From assembly GCA_963745835.1 (NCBI GenBank), contig CAVUZH010000003.1, positions 448,001-512,000 on the forward strand: a stretch of 64,000 nt of DNA, read 5' to 3'. Numbering within the stretch: position 1 is the first letter of the stretch; each line of letters begins with the position of its first letter. Position numbers and translations under genes: made by a program. The notes under the pieces were generated by a model. The model was not told where the DNA came from and did not search any database. It worked only from the letters and a program-made list of their open reading frames with translations. The DNA comes from an uncultured delta proteobacterium. Its GTDB lineage: Bacteria > Desulfobacterota > Binatia > UBA9968. Of this stretch, positions 1 to 10,665 are shown piece after piece.

Positions 1-373
1 AGATGCCGCCCATGTTGGAGATTCCCGCCACGCCATCGATCACCACGACGTCGCCGGGTAAAGCGAGATTGTGCGCCTCGAACTCGGCCATCTTATTGAC
101 ATGCCGGCGCGCGGCTTCGTAGACATGCTCCCGTTGGATGATGTTGCGAACCGTTAGGGCCGGCCCAACAATCGACTGCCCCATCATGGTCGGTTTGAGC
201 ACTGATCCGCCGATGACGCCGGTAATGCCAAGCTCATCCATCACGTCGGAGACGATGCCGCTGGCATCGCCGAGCGCCCGGAAGCCTTCGATGATTTCAT
301 CCGGCGGTCGTGGCGTTTCCATCCTTCGGATGCGCTCACGCGCGATCTTACCGGTAAGTTTCCGCTCAGTCAT
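1..373 (-). CDS. RraA / HMG-aldolase family protein (5' part; runs off the window)
   Basis: Manual minus-strand translation from ATG 373: MTERKLTGK...VSDVMDELG...IVGPALTVR...PGDVVVIDG...SNMGGI, typical RraA-like motifs; GGAGG RBS upstream. Not in the ORF track because it is open-ended. Confidence 0.85.
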   Translation of the reverse strand, partial: MTERKLTGKIARERIRRMETPRPPDEIIEGFRALGDASGIVSDVMDELGITGVIGGSVLKPTMMGQSIVGPALTVRNIIQREHVYEAARRHVNKMAEFEAHNLALPGDVVVIDGVAGISNMGGI

Positions 374-402
374 CGTCACCTCCCGGAGCATGTATCGCGG
401 CC

Positions 403-431
403 AAAATAGGACGGGTGGAATTTACCGTCAA
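403..431 (-). promoter_or_regulatory. Putative sigma70 promoter for the RraA-like gene
   Basis: Minus strand TTGACG-17 nt-TATTTT about 30 nt upstream of the start codon. Confidence 0.45.
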
Positions 432-567
432 GCTGGACAGGAATTTTTTTTATCGTACGCATGTAGAAGCATGCTTGCGGCTGCGCGTCCACACCGAACG
501 AACGAGATCTCGGTGGGGTTCGGATTTCATGCCACCAAGTGGTCGCAGGGGCATAACACCCTGCGCG

Positions 568-597
568 TTGACAGCCGATAAATCCCCGGCCTATAAA
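568..597 (+). promoter_or_regulatory. Putative sigma70 promoter for the VOC gene
   Basis: TTGACA (568-573)-18 nt-TATAAA (592-597), followed by GGAGG RBS and ATG 623. Confidence 0.55.
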
Positions 598-622
598 CAA
601 GTGACCAATGCGGAGGTGAAAC

Positions 623-1393
623 ATGGGTAAGCTCAGACACATCGCGTTTATTTCCCAGGAGCCAAAGAAACTCAGCGATTTTTATCAGAAGCATTTCGGC
701 TTCGAGGAATGTAAAGTATTTCCCAGCGGCTCGCGCATGGTGATAGATCCGCTTTTTAATTTGGCATTTCTACAGAGCAGGGGTGATCAGGCGGGCCCGG
801 TCGCCGGCACGCATCGCGCCGACGGTGCGGAGTTGGAGCGGCAGCCCGGGATTCATCATTACGGTTTTCTTGTCGATGACTTGAACGAGGCCGTCGCCAA
901 GTTGCCGGCATCCTTGAATCGCGGCGCAAGCCCGCAAGTATCGGCCGGAGTCGGCGGTCTCGAGGGGGCACGGCCGGCGGAAATGCGATTTGTCGATCCG
1001 TGGGGAAACAATGTCGATCTTTCGGCGCGCGGCTTTCTCGGCAGGGAAGAGAAAAGGATCCCCGGCGTGCGACTGCTCGCGGTGCAAGTCCCCGATCTGG
1101 CCGCGGCGTGCGAGTTTTATCAACGGCAGTTCGATCTTAAAATCGTCGGTTGGACGGATGACGGGACGGTGCGCCTGAGTGATGGAACCGTGACCTTGCT
1201 CTTGACCAAAACACAGGTGCGTCCCAAGAGCGGCGTGCAATACTTCGGTATCCAGGTGAGCGACGTGGCGACACTCAAGAGGAGCCTGCAAGACAGCGGC
1301 GTCGCGATTTCCGAGGACGGACCCGGGCAGCTTCACTTCATCGATCCGGAAGGAAATCGGGTGGCCGTTTCGCAGACCGGCTGGACAAACTAG
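623..1393 (+). CDS. Tandem VOC (glyoxalase/bleomycin resistance/dioxygenase) family protein
   Basis: Two VOC modules: LRHIA...FY...FG, GIHHYGF.VDDL, F.DP.GN present twice. Confidence 0.85.
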   Translation: MGKLRHIAFISQEPKKLSDFYQKHFGFEECKVFPSGSRMVIDPLFNLAFLQSRGDQAGPVAGTHRADGAELERQPGIHHYGFLVDDLNEAVAKLPASLNRGASPQVSAGVGGLEGARPAEMRFVDPWGNNVDLSARGFLGREEKRIPGVRLLAVQVPDLAAACEFYQRQFDLKIVGWTDDGTVRLSDGTVTLLLTKTQVRPKSGVQYFGIQVSDVATLKRSLQDSGVAISEDGPGQLHFIDPEGNRVAVSQTGWTN

Positions 1394-1413
1394 CCAGGCG
1401 ATTCTCAAGACTG

Positions 1414-2370
1414 CTATCGCAGTCCGAGCTCCTTCTGAACGTCGCGTAAAATGGTGAAGTCGGCAACTTCGCCGAGCGGAATGTCGCGGCTGATTTTAAC
1501 GTCTCTCTTGGCCTGCTCGATCAGAAGCTTAAGTCCATCTTCAGGAATGCCGCCGTCGTGGCTGATGACTTTCACAGTGGAGTCGTAAGCGGCGTAGGCG
1601 TGTTCCGGTTTGGCTTTGCCCCACGCTATCAAAATTTTCACGGCTTCTTCCCGATTCTCTCGAATGAAACGGCTCGCTCTGATCAGGGCTTTGATCGCAC
1701 GTTTCACTTGATCGCGGTTTTGCTGAAGTGATTTGGCGTTCACGCCAAGCCCGGACAAAGGATAGTTCAGATAATCGTAAGCTCTTGCCAACACGTTATA
1801 ACCGGATTTTGCCCCCTCGAAATCCCACGGCGGCGAGGTCACCACGGCGTCGGCAAGCTTTTGCTGCAGGCCGGCGAAGCGGCCGGAGTCTGGGCCGAGC
1901 GGGACGAATTGAACTTCTTTATCGGGATCGACGCCGTTGCGGGCTAGAATTATTCTTGCCAGCACCTGCGTGGCATCACCGAACGCGGCGAGCCCAACCT
2001 TTTTGCCGCTGAGCTCTTTGACGGATTTGATCTCCTGGCGCGCCAGAAGCACGTGGGGCGAACTGGTCATCAGACCGGCGACCAAACGCACCGGCAATCC
2101 GCGGATCGCCGCGCGGATTACCGTGCCGGTCAACAAGGTGTAGTCGATGTCGCCGTTGGTCAGCGCCGCGATGGACGGCCCGGCGCCCATGACGATGATG
2201 TCGGCGTCGATTCCTTCGTCTCTAAAGAATCCGCGATGCTCGGCGACGCCGGATGATAGAAAAATCATGTTGTAGCCGCCGGAGACCGAGATGCGAATTT
2301 TCTCTGCGGCCCGTGATTCCACGGATCCGAGAAAAATCCCCATGAGGAGCACGAAAACCAATTTTGACAT
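1414..2370 (-). CDS. ABC transporter substrate-binding protein, SsuA/NMT1/THI5-like
   Basis: Signal peptide MSKLVFVLLMGIFLGSVESRAA; GFFRDEGID, IKSVKELSGKKVG, C-terminal EVADFTILR; start trimmed to ATG 2370. Confidence 0.85.
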   Translation of the reverse strand: MSKLVFVLLMGIFLGSVESRAAEKIRISVSGGYNMIFLSSGVAEHRGFFRDEGIDADIIVMGAGPSIAALTNGDIDYTLLTGTVIRAAIRGLPVRLVAGLMTSSPHVLLARQEIKSVKELSGKKVGLAAFGDATQVLARIILARNGVDPDKEVQFVPLGPDSGRFAGLQQKLADAVVTSPPWDFEGAKSGYNVLARAYDYLNYPLSGLGVNAKSLQQNRDQVKRAIKALIRASRFIRENREEAVKILIAWGKAKPEHAYAAYDSTVKVISHDGGIPEDGLKLLIEQAKRDVKISRDIPLGEVADFTILRDVQKELGLR

Positions 2371-2577
2371 GATCAGGCTCCGCAGGTTTAGTGGATCGTC
2401 GGACTCTGATAGCCCCGCCGGCTGGGCTGCCAATGGCTAACAACTAAAACGATATTGAGAGAGCGCGGCTGGCGGAAGTACCATTCGTCATACGGTAGGC
2501 GACAACTTCGATCTTACCGTGCCGTTTTCTCGCCCGAAAGATCGAGCGACAGTCCAGCGTGTTGTCAGTCCGACGGC

Positions 2578-3066
2578 TCATCTCTTTTGGACTCCAATCA
2601 ATCCAAAGAACTCACTCTCCATCTGACGAAGTGCTTCTGGATGCCCGTGCTTGAAATCTCTAAAGGGTTGCCAAAAGCGAAACGTTCGCGTGCGGCGGAA
2701 GGGACGAAAGACGACCGCGAGCGGATTGAACTGACGATAGCCTCCGAAGTGATGGAACGCCAGCCGAGCAACCGAAACACGCCAGCGGTTACGCTGTGAC
2801 CAATTGAGAACGATGGTCCGCTCACCAATGTGCGGAAGAATCTGTTTCTCGATGTAGTCTCGCCAAATGGGACTGTCGGAGTAGACGAAGAGGATGTCAC
2901 GCCCACGAAGACACCACCACACCCAGATGGTAATGTGCAGGCAAATCGTTGATACCAGGAAGAGAATAAATGCGGTGCCTGCGATAGCGACGATTACCGG
3001 AACGAACGGAACGATGAGCGCAATCTGCCACCATTTGAATTTTTGTTTTGGTTTCGCAGTGTTCAT
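2578..3066 (-). CDS. Hypothetical membrane-anchored protein
   Basis: ATG 3066; long N-terminal hydrophobic segment followed by a soluble domain; no recognisable family. Confidence 0.55.
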   Translation of the reverse strand: MNTAKPKQKFKWWQIALIVPFVPVIVAIAGTAFILFLVSTICLHITIWVWWCLRGRDILFVYSDSPIWRDYIEKQILPHIGERTIVLNWSQRNRWRVSVARLAFHHFGGYRQFNPLAVVFRPFRRTRTFRFWQPFRDFKHGHPEALRQMESEFFGLIGVQKR

Positions 3067-3384
3067 GAGCCGCTGATGACCTACGCCATCACGCGATCGT
3101 GAATGATCCGATGATGCCAAGGAGATGATTATCTTGTGCCATCGAGTGTCGTGAAAACATGCCGAACTCCGCTCGCTGCCAGAGAGATTTACCTTCGCGA
3201 TCCGGCGGTTGTCAATCATTGATCGGCGACGTCTACTCTAGCCCGTCGGTATTCTTTCGACCTAGCGCCGAGCGAGAGGCCTAAATGATCCGACTTGAAC
3301 GTGGAAGAAGGCTGGTAAGCTGATCTTATTGACCCTTTCCGCATGGGCGGTGTAGTTTGACAAAAACTATGGGGGTAAATCACG

Positions 3385-4077
3385 ATGATCGATCTCTACT
3401 ATTGGACGACGCCGAACGGACACAAAATCACAATCTTCCTGGAAGAAGCCGGGCTGCCGTACTCGATCAAGCCAGTTGATATTTCTAAAGGCGAGCAATT
3501 CACGCCGGAGTTTCTGAAGATCTCGCCGAACAATCGCATACCGGCGATGGTCGACAATGACGCGGTCGACGGCAAAGGCCCGATCAGCGTTTTTGAGTCC
3601 GGCGCGATCCTTCAATATCTGGCCGAGAAGATCGGTAAATTCTTGCCTGCCGACGTGCGCGGGCGGAGCGAGGTCATGCAGTGGCTGTTCTGGCAGATGG
3701 GTGGGCTCGGTCCGATGGCGGGACAAAACGGTCATTTCAACAACTACGCGCCGGAGAAAATACCTTACGCGATCGAACGCTACGTCAAGGAGACCGAACG
3801 CCTTTACGGCGTGCTCGACGAGCGGCTCGAGGGCCGCGACTTCATCGCCGGCGATTATTCGATCGCCGATATGGCGTGCTATCCCTGGATCGTGCCGCAT
3901 GAACGGCACAAGCAGAAGCTCGATGAGTTCGCCAACTTGAAGCGCTGGTTTTCAACCATTGGAAAGCGGCCCGCTGTGCAGCGAGCCTACGAACTGGCAA
4001 AAAAGATCAATACCCAACCGACGGTAAACCAGGATTCCAAGTCCATCCTATTTGGTCAGGGCCGGCGCAGAGCCTAG
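3385..4077 (+). CDS. Glutathione S-transferase, YfcG/Ure2-like (GSH-dependent disulfide oxidoreductase)
   Basis: MIDLYYWTTPNGHK, SPNNRIPA, FESGAIL, WQMGGLGPM, YSIADMA.YPW. Confidence 0.92.
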   Translation: MIDLYYWTTPNGHKITIFLEEAGLPYSIKPVDISKGEQFTPEFLKISPNNRIPAMVDNDAVDGKGPISVFESGAILQYLAEKIGKFLPADVRGRSEVMQWLFWQMGGLGPMAGQNGHFNNYAPEKIPYAIERYVKETERLYGVLDERLEGRDFIAGDYSIADMACYPWIVPHERHKQKLDEFANLKRWFSTIGKRPAVQRAYELAKKINTQPTVNQDSKSILFGQGRRRA

Positions 4078-4090
4078 TGTGAAATAACCG

Positions 4091-4552
4091 ATGAATTACA
4101 TCCATGCATTTCGAATCGGAAGCAACTGGTTATCAGAGGAGACCCGTTTGGCCTTGCGTGCACTGATTTTGGGTGGTCTGTTGTTATCGAGCCATGTTCC
4201 GCTGTGGGCTGATGACGCGGTGAAAACCGATCCTGACAAGTACAGAGTTGTGCTCGAGAATGAGCGGGTGCGGGTTCTTGAATATCGAGACAAGCCAGGC
4301 GAAAAAACCAAAATGCATACACATCCCGACTTCGTTCTGCAGGCTATGGCGCCGTTCAAGCGAAAATTAACCTTATCCAATGGAAAAACTATGACTCGCG
4401 AGTTCAAAGCCGGAGAAATCGTCTGGATGAATGCTCAGAGTCACATCGGTGAGAATATCGGCGAGACCGACACTCACGTACTGATTACCGAGTTAAAGGA
4501 AATTGCCGGCAAAAAAGCCGTCGAGACCGATGTGCCTAACCGGATTAAGTGA
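4091..4552 (+). CDS. Cupin-domain protein, probably exported
   Basis: Y.V.LENERVRVLE...PGEKT.MHTHP...H..ENIG...ELK; hydrophobic N-terminal segment. Confidence 0.75.
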   Translation: MNYIHAFRIGSNWLSEETRLALRALILGGLLLSSHVPLWADDAVKTDPDKYRVVLENERVRVLEYRDKPGEKTKMHTHPDFVLQAMAPFKRKLTLSNGKTMTREFKAGEIVWMNAQSHIGENIGETDTHVLITELKEIAGKKAVETDVPNRIK

Positions 4553-4620
4553 AATGTTTTACTACCTGCCGGCGATTTTTGGACTTGCAGCGCCGTCCCG
4601 GCCGGCTGTAGATTGCCGCC

Positions 4621-5458
4621 ATGGTAAACAAGACTGAATACGAAATAAAAGAGCGGGATATCGAATATCAGCGCCAGGCCGGCAGGCCGTGGCTGGCTCG
4701 GATCTACCAGCCTCAAGGCGCCGGACCATTTCCGACCCTTGTCGATGTCCATGGGGGCGCATGGCATAACGGCGATCGGATGAATAATGCCGGCATTGAC
4801 AGAGCGCTGGCGACCCACGGCATCTTGGTGGCTGCTGTCGATTTTCGCCAGCCGCCGGAGGCTGGCTATCCCGCTTCTATCTGCGACGTGAACTTAGCTG
4901 TTCGCTGGCTCAAGGCGCACGCGGCTGAGTTCAACGGAACGACTGGTATCGGAGCGTTCGGCAATTCCAGCGGCGGCCATCAAGTTGTGCTCAGCGCGCT
5001 GCGGCCGCGGCACCCGGCGTATTCGGCGCTGCCGCTACCCAAGCATCCCGAGCTTGATGCCAGGCTGGACTATGTGATCGCCGGCTGGCCCGTGATCGAT
5101 CCACTCTATCGCTTCCGCTTTGCCAAGCAGTTCAATCGCGAAGAACACATCAAGGCTCATATCGCAGTATTGGATCACAGAAGATGCGATGGCCGAAGGC
5201 AGTCCGCAAACGATTGTCGAGGACGACGAGCAGGTCGATCTTCCGCCGATACTCATGTTGCTGAAGAACAATGACCGCAATCATCCACTGCAAATGCAGG
5301 AGCGCTTCATCGCCTCCTATCGCAAACGCGGCGGAGAGATCGAGGTGCACACGTTCGATGGTCTGCCGGAGCACCGGGTCGTTCCGTCGCCGAACCAGCC
5401 GGACACGATGCGTCTGATCGATACCATCACGGAGTTTATCTCTCGCAAGGCGCGATGA
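4621..5458 (+). CDS. Alpha/beta hydrolase (HSL/Aes esterase-like), one frameshift near 5165
   Basis: HGGAW oxyanion motif and GNSSGG nucleophile elbow in 4621-5274; the C-terminus (QYW...PPIL...H) continues in the 5120-5458 frame. Confidence 0.8.
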
Positions 5459-5577
5459 TGCTGTTTGAGGTAGTGATCCGTCTGTTATTCAGCCGTTGCT
5501 GATGGCAGTAGAAGCTACGCATCAGCTAGCGGCAAAGCTTCGATGATACTTTGCGCCTTAAGCTCGAAGCTGTTTCT

Positions 5578-6729
5578 ATGACCGCGCCGACCGTTGACGA
5601 AATAGATCGAATCGCCCGGCTCGGCAATCCGATCCTGCGCAATCTACAGATTACCCAGTGCTACTACGAAATCTCTCAGTCTGTCGCCGGATTCTTCGGC
5701 GACTCCGCCAACTGGTGCACATTTGCCACATGGGCCTCCAAGCAAGCCGGCCAAACCATTCGCCAGGAAGATTTGATTCGAACCTTTGAGGAACGCTTTT
5801 ATCTCTCCGACGAAATTTCAGCCGCTCTGGAGGGGATTGCGAGCAATCTCAGGCGCATCGGTGCGAGCTTGCACACTGAAGTGCCGCGCAAGGCGATGCT
5901 TCGAGCGATCAATCCGGGCGCAGCATTCGCGCGCGCTGGCGATGCCGTAGCGCGCGGCAACAAGAAAGTGTTCGAGGAAATTGGCCGCGAGTTCGCTCGG
6001 TTTCTCGAAATCTTTGGCGAACAGACCCATCTTGAGCCGGAAAAGACGACGCGCTTCTGCGCCGGGTTGCGTGCCGGAGAGCCGCCGGAGGGACAGCGAC
6101 TCCTGAGTCAGGCGTTCGCGAGCTACTGCGAGGCGCGATTTCAAAATGGGCAAGAGAAAGCCGAATTGATGTTGCTGGCCAATCTCTCGGCCGGTTTTCA
6201 CGAGCAGATTCGGCTTCAACCCGAAATTGTCCAGGCACTCAATGCAGCAACCGATACTGCCGCCGAGTTGAAACGCAATCTTATGACCGCCCTGCTGCCC
6301 GATCTTTATGTTCGTGCCCGCGAAAAAGTTCTGCGGGGTCAGATGACCTATGTGAACGCCGCGTTTGCCCGGCTAATCGAAGAGGTAAACCGTCTGATTC
6401 GACAAGTCATCACCGATCATTTGATGACGCTTCATTTGGCCGGACCGGAGGTGCTTCGACTGGGACGAGATCTGCAAGGAACATTTCCTCAGGAGCTGGG
6501 GCAGATCCGCAATGCCAAGTTAAGAGAAATGCTCGAGCGGGTCGACATAACCCTGAATAGCCTGGCCGAAAGCGGCGCGAACGATTGGGCGGACTTCACC
6601 GATCGCATGCACTTCATCGCCGATTTCTTTCGCGTGTACCAGGAGCGGCAACAGCTGTTCGAAGCGCCATTCACGACCGAACAGGTAGCGCTGTTAAAGT
6701 TGGGCGCTAAACCCGGCGGACGGCTGTGA
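5578..6729 (+). CDS. Conserved hypothetical protein (possibly DUF2515-related)
   Basis: Long ORF with normal codon style; RNLQITQCY...[15 protein letters not shown]...[10 protein letters not shown]; family link is tentative. Confidence 0.65.
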   Translation: MTAPTVDEIDRIARLGNPILRNLQITQCYYEISQSVAGFFGDSANWCTFATWASKQAGQTIRQEDLIRTFEERFYLSDEISAALEGIASNLRRIGASLHTEVPRKAMLRAINPGAAFARAGDAVARGNKKVFEEIGREFARFLEIFGEQTHLEPEKTTRFCAGLRAGEPPEGQRLLSQAFASYCEARFQNGQEKAELMLLANLSAGFHEQIRLQPEIVQALNAATDTAAELKRNLMTALLPDLYVRAREKVLRGQMTYVNAAFARLIEEVNRLIRQVITDHLMTLHLAGPEVLRLGRDLQGTFPQELGQIRNAKLREMLERVDITLNSLAESGANDWADFTDRMHFIADFFRVYQERQQLFEAPFTTEQVALLKLGAKPGGRL

Positions 6730-6788
6730 CGAAATGTCTCGCGTATGGGCAGGTTAAAAAAAAATGCGGATTGCAGCCTGCTGGAAAT

Positions 6789-8543
6789 CTATCCCGCATA
6801 CTCGCGATACAAATTGTCGACTTCCTGCTTTATCTGGCTGATTTTTTTGGACAGGTGGTTCATCTGAGCGAGATTGTTGCGATTGGCTTCGATTACCAGT
6901 TGCTCGTGATACTCTTTTAATGCGTTTTCGCTTTTCATGATCTGGGCTTCGAGCCTGGCGATTCTCGCTTTTTCCCTGCGTTCGGCTTTTTCGCGTTCTT
7001 TTTTCTCGTTGTAATTGTTTCGCGTGGTTGGCTTCTTCTGTGCGCCTTTGCCATCGCTTTCGCCTTCCCAGCCGACCTTTTCGAGAAACTCGTCATAGCC
7101 CGCGTTGAAGACGTCAACCCTGCCGCGGTGAAAGACGACCAATCTCGTGGCCAAAGCGCGAAGGATCCGTTGGTTATGCGTGACGATCAATAATGCGCCG
7201 GAAAAGTTTTGTAAGCTCTCGATCAAGGCGTCAATGGATTCCATGTCGAGATGGTTGTTCGGTTCATCGAGCAAAAGCAGATTCGAAGGATGCGCCAGGA
7301 TCTTGCCCAGTAAGGTCCGGCTTTTTTCGCCGCCGGACAACACCGAGATCCTCTTCAATGCCAGATCGCCACCGAACATCATCGTGCCGCAAATGTTGCG
7401 GACCTGCGTGCGGGTCAGCTTTGGGTTGCTGTGCTCAATCTCCTGTTCGATGGTCAATTTGGGATTGAGCCGCAAAATATTGGTTTGGCCGAAGTACCCG
7501 AGTTTCATATCGGGATGGGCTTTGAGCTCGCCGGTCAGCGGCTGAAGGCCGCCTGACAAAACGTTTAACAAGGTCGACTTGCCTTTGCCGTTGTTGCCGA
7601 TGACGGCGATTCGGTCGCGCCGGTTGACGCTCAGATTGAGATTTTGAAACAGAAGATTGTCGGGCGTGTAACCAAAAGAAATGTCGCGCGCTTCGAGCAA
7701 GGTTTTGGCCGCAAACGGCGCGTGCCTAAATTCGAAATCCAAAGACTCGATTTCGGCTAGCTCGTCGAGCTTGGGCAGTTTCTCCAGCATCTTGAGACGC
7801 GACTGAACCATTTTGGCTTTGGAAGCTTGGGCGCGAAATCGATTGACAAAAGCCTCGGCATGAGCCCGCTTGCGATCTTCGTTGGCCCGGGTCTTTTCGT
7901 GGATTTCGTCCTCCAGGATGATTTGCGCGTAAGCCTTGGCGGTGCCGCCCTCGAACTTACGAATTTTCTGGCGATGGATCACCGCGGTGTGCGTCGTGAC
8001 GCTGTCCATGAAATCCCGATCGTGGGAAATCACAATTAGCTCGCCGTTGAAGCTGGCGAGGAATCTGGCGATCCACCGAACCGAGGTGATGTCGAGGTAA
8101 TTTGTCGGCTCGTCGAGCAATAGCAGGTTGGGCTCGGAAACCAGAAGCTTGGCCAAGTTGATACGGATTTGGAAACCGCCGGAAAAATCGCCAGGCGCTT
8201 TTTCAAGATCGGCAGCGGAGAATCCCAGTCCAAACAAGATGGCTTCCGCTTTATAGATCGAGTGAGATTCCTCTTCGGGCAGTCCTAAAGCCGCCTCCGA
8301 CAAGATCGTCGATTCGGTAAAATGCAGATGTTGCTCGAGATGGCCAATGCGATAATAACGCGGAATCGTGATCTCGCCCGAGTCCGGCTCTTCCTGGCCC
8401 AAGATTAATTTAAACAGCGTCGATTTCCCGTGACCGTTTCGCCCCACCAGACCCAGACGATCGCCGGCATTCATCTGCAAACTAACGTCGCTGAAGAGTT
8501 CCCGAGCGAAATACGATTTGGATAGTTGGTTGATCCTAATCAT
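6789..8543 (-). CDS. ABC-F family ribosome-associated ATPase
   Basis: Two ABC domains (GRNGHGKST, FSGGF, LLLLDEPTNYLD; GNNGKGKST, LSGGEK, DEPNNHLD), no TM segments, C-terminal coiled coil; start ATG 8543. Confidence 0.93.
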   Translation of the reverse strand: MIRINQLSKSYFARELFSDVSLQMNAGDRLGLVGRNGHGKSTLFKLILGQEEPDSGEITIPRYYRIGHLEQHLHFTESTILSEAALGLPEEESHSIYKAEAILFGLGFSAADLEKAPGDFSGGFQIRINLAKLLVSEPNLLLLDEPTNYLDITSVRWIARFLASFNGELIVISHDRDFMDSVTTHTAVIHRQKIRKFEGGTAKAYAQIILEDEIHEKTRANEDRKRAHAEAFVNRFRAQASKAKMVQSRLKMLEKLPKLDELAEIESLDFEFRHAPFAAKTLLEARDISFGYTPDNLLFQNLNLSVNRRDRIAVIGNNGKGKSTLLNVLSGGLQPLTGELKAHPDMKLGYFGQTNILRLNPKLTIEQEIEHSNPKLTRTQVRNICGTMMFGGDLALKRISVLSGGEKSRTLLGKILAHPSNLLLLDEPNNHLDMESIDALIESLQNFSGALLIVTHNQRILRALATRLVVFHRGRVDVFNAGYDEFLEKVGWEGESDGKGAQKKPTTRNNYNEKKEREKAERREKARIARLEAQIMKSENALKEYHEQLVIEANRNNLAQMNHLSKKISQIKQEVDNLYREYAG

Positions 8544-8737
8544 TATGAAAAACCCGAGTAGAGGAAACGTGCGCCTATCAAATATTAGAATCGCATAGTT
8601 TAACTGTGATCGCGCGCCTTTTCCAGCACGGGAACCGAATTCGCTGCTGCGGCTTCCAGCCTCTGCAAAATCAGCTTCCAATTAAGACGAAGTCGCAAGC
8701 CTTTATACCGCGCGCGAAAAACCTGTGCTGCCTTGTT

Positions 8738-8769
8738 CCTTGACCTTACGGATGGTCAAGGTATAGCGT
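8738..8769 (+). promoter_or_regulatory. Putative promoter with dyad operator CCTTGACC-N8-GGTCAAGG
   Basis: Perfect 8-bp inverted repeat at 8738-8761 overlaps the -35 TTGACC and abuts a TATAGC/TAGCGT -10, upstream of the SBP gene. Confidence 0.55.
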
Positions 8770-8831
8770 TCTTTCATGGCTTCCGGCGCAAGAACCTGCG
8801 GCGGACCGCAGCTCAACAGTAAGGAGCCCCT

Positions 8832-9830
8832 ATGATCAACATCACACGCTTTGCGCTCTCAATTCTCTCCTTGGCGTTAGCGGTTATCTGGAGCACTCCG
8901 GTTCGCGCCCAGCTGACCAAGATCAATGTCGGCTATAGCGCCATCAGCGGCGATGCGCTGCCGGCCTGGATCGCGAAAGATGCCGGCATATTTGAAAAGA
9001 ATGGGCTGGATGTTCAGCTGGTGTTTTTTTCCGGGGGCACGACCGCGGTCATGGCGTTGATTGCGGCTGACACGCCGATCGCCCAATTGGCAGGACCTGC
9101 CGTGGTCCATTCCGCGATGGCGGGGTCGGACGCTACTTTGATCGTCGGCGGCGTCACCTCGCTTAACTACTATCTGATGGGTCGACCTGAAATAAAAACA
9201 CCGGAGCAGCTCAAAGGCGGCTCCGTTGCGATCAGCCGCTTCGGCTCCTCTTCGGATTTCATCGCCCGCTACGCTCTGTCAAAAGTGGGCTTGACGCCGG
9301 GTAAAGACGTGACAATCGTCCAGATCGGTAGCACCACCGCGCGGGTCGACGCCGCCCTTTCAGGCAGAGTGCAAGCGACAGTGGTTCAGCCGCCTGCGAG
9401 CATCATTGCTCAGAAGAAGGGCATGACTATCTTAGCCGATCTGCCCAAGCTCGGTCTGGTTTACCAGCATACCAGCGCCGCAACCACCAAGAGATATATT
9501 CGCGAGCATTCAGACGTCGTCAGGCGCTATGTCAAATCTCAGGTGGATGCCGTCCATCGAATCTACACCGATAAAGAAGCTTCCATCAAAGCGCTGGCCA
9601 AGTATATCGGCCGCAACGTCGATCGTGATGTCCTCGAGAAAACCTGGGAAAATCTGCTCAGCGAACCGGTTCTGCCGAAGAAACAGTATCCTTCCCTCGA
9701 AGGCATCAAGACAATCTTGAATGCTGAGCTCAAAGGCAAGCCGGCTAATCCGCAGGACTTTGCCGATTTGAGCTTCATCAGGGAGCTGGATAAGAGCGGC
9801 TATATCGACGGCCTTTATAAGAAAAAGTAG
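8832..9830 (+). CDS. ABC transporter substrate-binding protein, SsuA/NMT1-like
   Basis: Signal peptide; WIAKDAGIFEKNGLDV, ISRFGSSSD, YPSLEGIKTIL, DFADLSFIRELDKSG. Confidence 0.9.
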   Translation: MINITRFALSILSLALAVIWSTPVRAQLTKINVGYSAISGDALPAWIAKDAGIFEKNGLDVQLVFFSGGTTAVMALIAADTPIAQLAGPAVVHSAMAGSDATLIVGGVTSLNYYLMGRPEIKTPEQLKGGSVAISRFGSSSDFIARYALSKVGLTPGKDVTIVQIGSTTARVDAALSGRVQATVVQPPASIIAQKKGMTILADLPKLGLVYQHTSAATTKRYIREHSDVVRRYVKSQVDAVHRIYTDKEASIKALAKYIGRNVDRDVLEKTWENLLSEPVLPKKQYPSLEGIKTILNAELKGKPANPQDFADLSFIRELDKSGYIDGLYKKK

Positions 9831-9931
9831 TGACGTCTTTCGCTGCTTAGCTTCTGACCACCGAGTCCGGATCGAAACCAGGCAGCATTATCGACATCTC
9901 TAAACCGGGCGAGCTCAGTCCTATCCCGACT

Positions 9932-10381
9932 CTACGCTCGCGGCTTGCCGGGAGGAATCCGCTTCGCGACCTGCGCATGAGCGAGCACCACTGCCGGATC
10001 GCGCTGCAAAGCCGCCAGATAACGCGCGCTGAAATCGCCTTCGCCTTTGGCCGGGACCAGCAGAAAGACCGATTCCATGATCACCGCGTCGATAGTATCG
10101 TTGGTCAACGGTTCCCGCGCGTCAAGAACTTCGTCGATGACAACGATCAGTTGCGATATTGGGCGCAACCAGGCGAACCACGGGTCGTTGGTTAGAAGCT
10201 GAAAGAAATGATGCGGCGATCGTACCGGTCCAACATCAACTTCGTAAACCGCGCGTTCGGAATCGATCAGTGTCTTGTGCAAATCGAGCAAGGCATGGCG
10301 GAACTCCAGCAGAGGTTGGCGAATCGCTGAATCTTGCGAGTTTTGTCGATCCCGTCTTACGCTTTTCATAATCTGAATCAT
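9932..10381 (-). CDS. Conserved hypothetical helical protein
   Basis: LLDLHKTLIDSER..YE...QLL.NDPWFAWLRP.SQLIV.IDE reads like a real conserved domain; start uncertain (10381 or 10369). Confidence 0.65.
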   Translation of the reverse strand: MIQIMKSVRRDRQNSQDSAIRQPLLEFRHALLDLHKTLIDSERAVYEVDVGPVRSPHHFFQLLTNDPWFAWLRPISQLIVVIDEVLDAREPLTNDTIDAVIMESVFLLVPAKGEGDFSARYLAALQRDPAVVLAHAQVAKRIPPGKPRA

Positions 10382-10665
10382 AACACGGCCGAGCCGACTT
10401 TGCGTGAGTCGATCTTGCTCGGCGCACCGGGTACTCGGAGCCAAAGTAGAGCACCTCTCCGGTTCTTTGCGTCCGGCGCTTCCCTGGAACAAATAGCAAT
10501 TGACAGTTTTCATCCGTTAGTTAACGATGGAAGCGGGTCCAATCATTGAACTGCTGCCTGCGGAATGTTACAGCGTGGAGCCAGTTATTTCTCACCCGGC
10601 TTGGCTCGGCACGATGTTTCGTCATCGGCGCTTGCAACTTGAAGGAGGACGATCGACTAAGCGCA

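Noticed and set aside
5160-5170. Programmed frameshifting in the esterase, GH, amidohydrolase or carboxyltransferase genes
   Set aside because: No consistent slippery heptamer plus stimulator at these sites; single-base consensus errors are more parsimonious.
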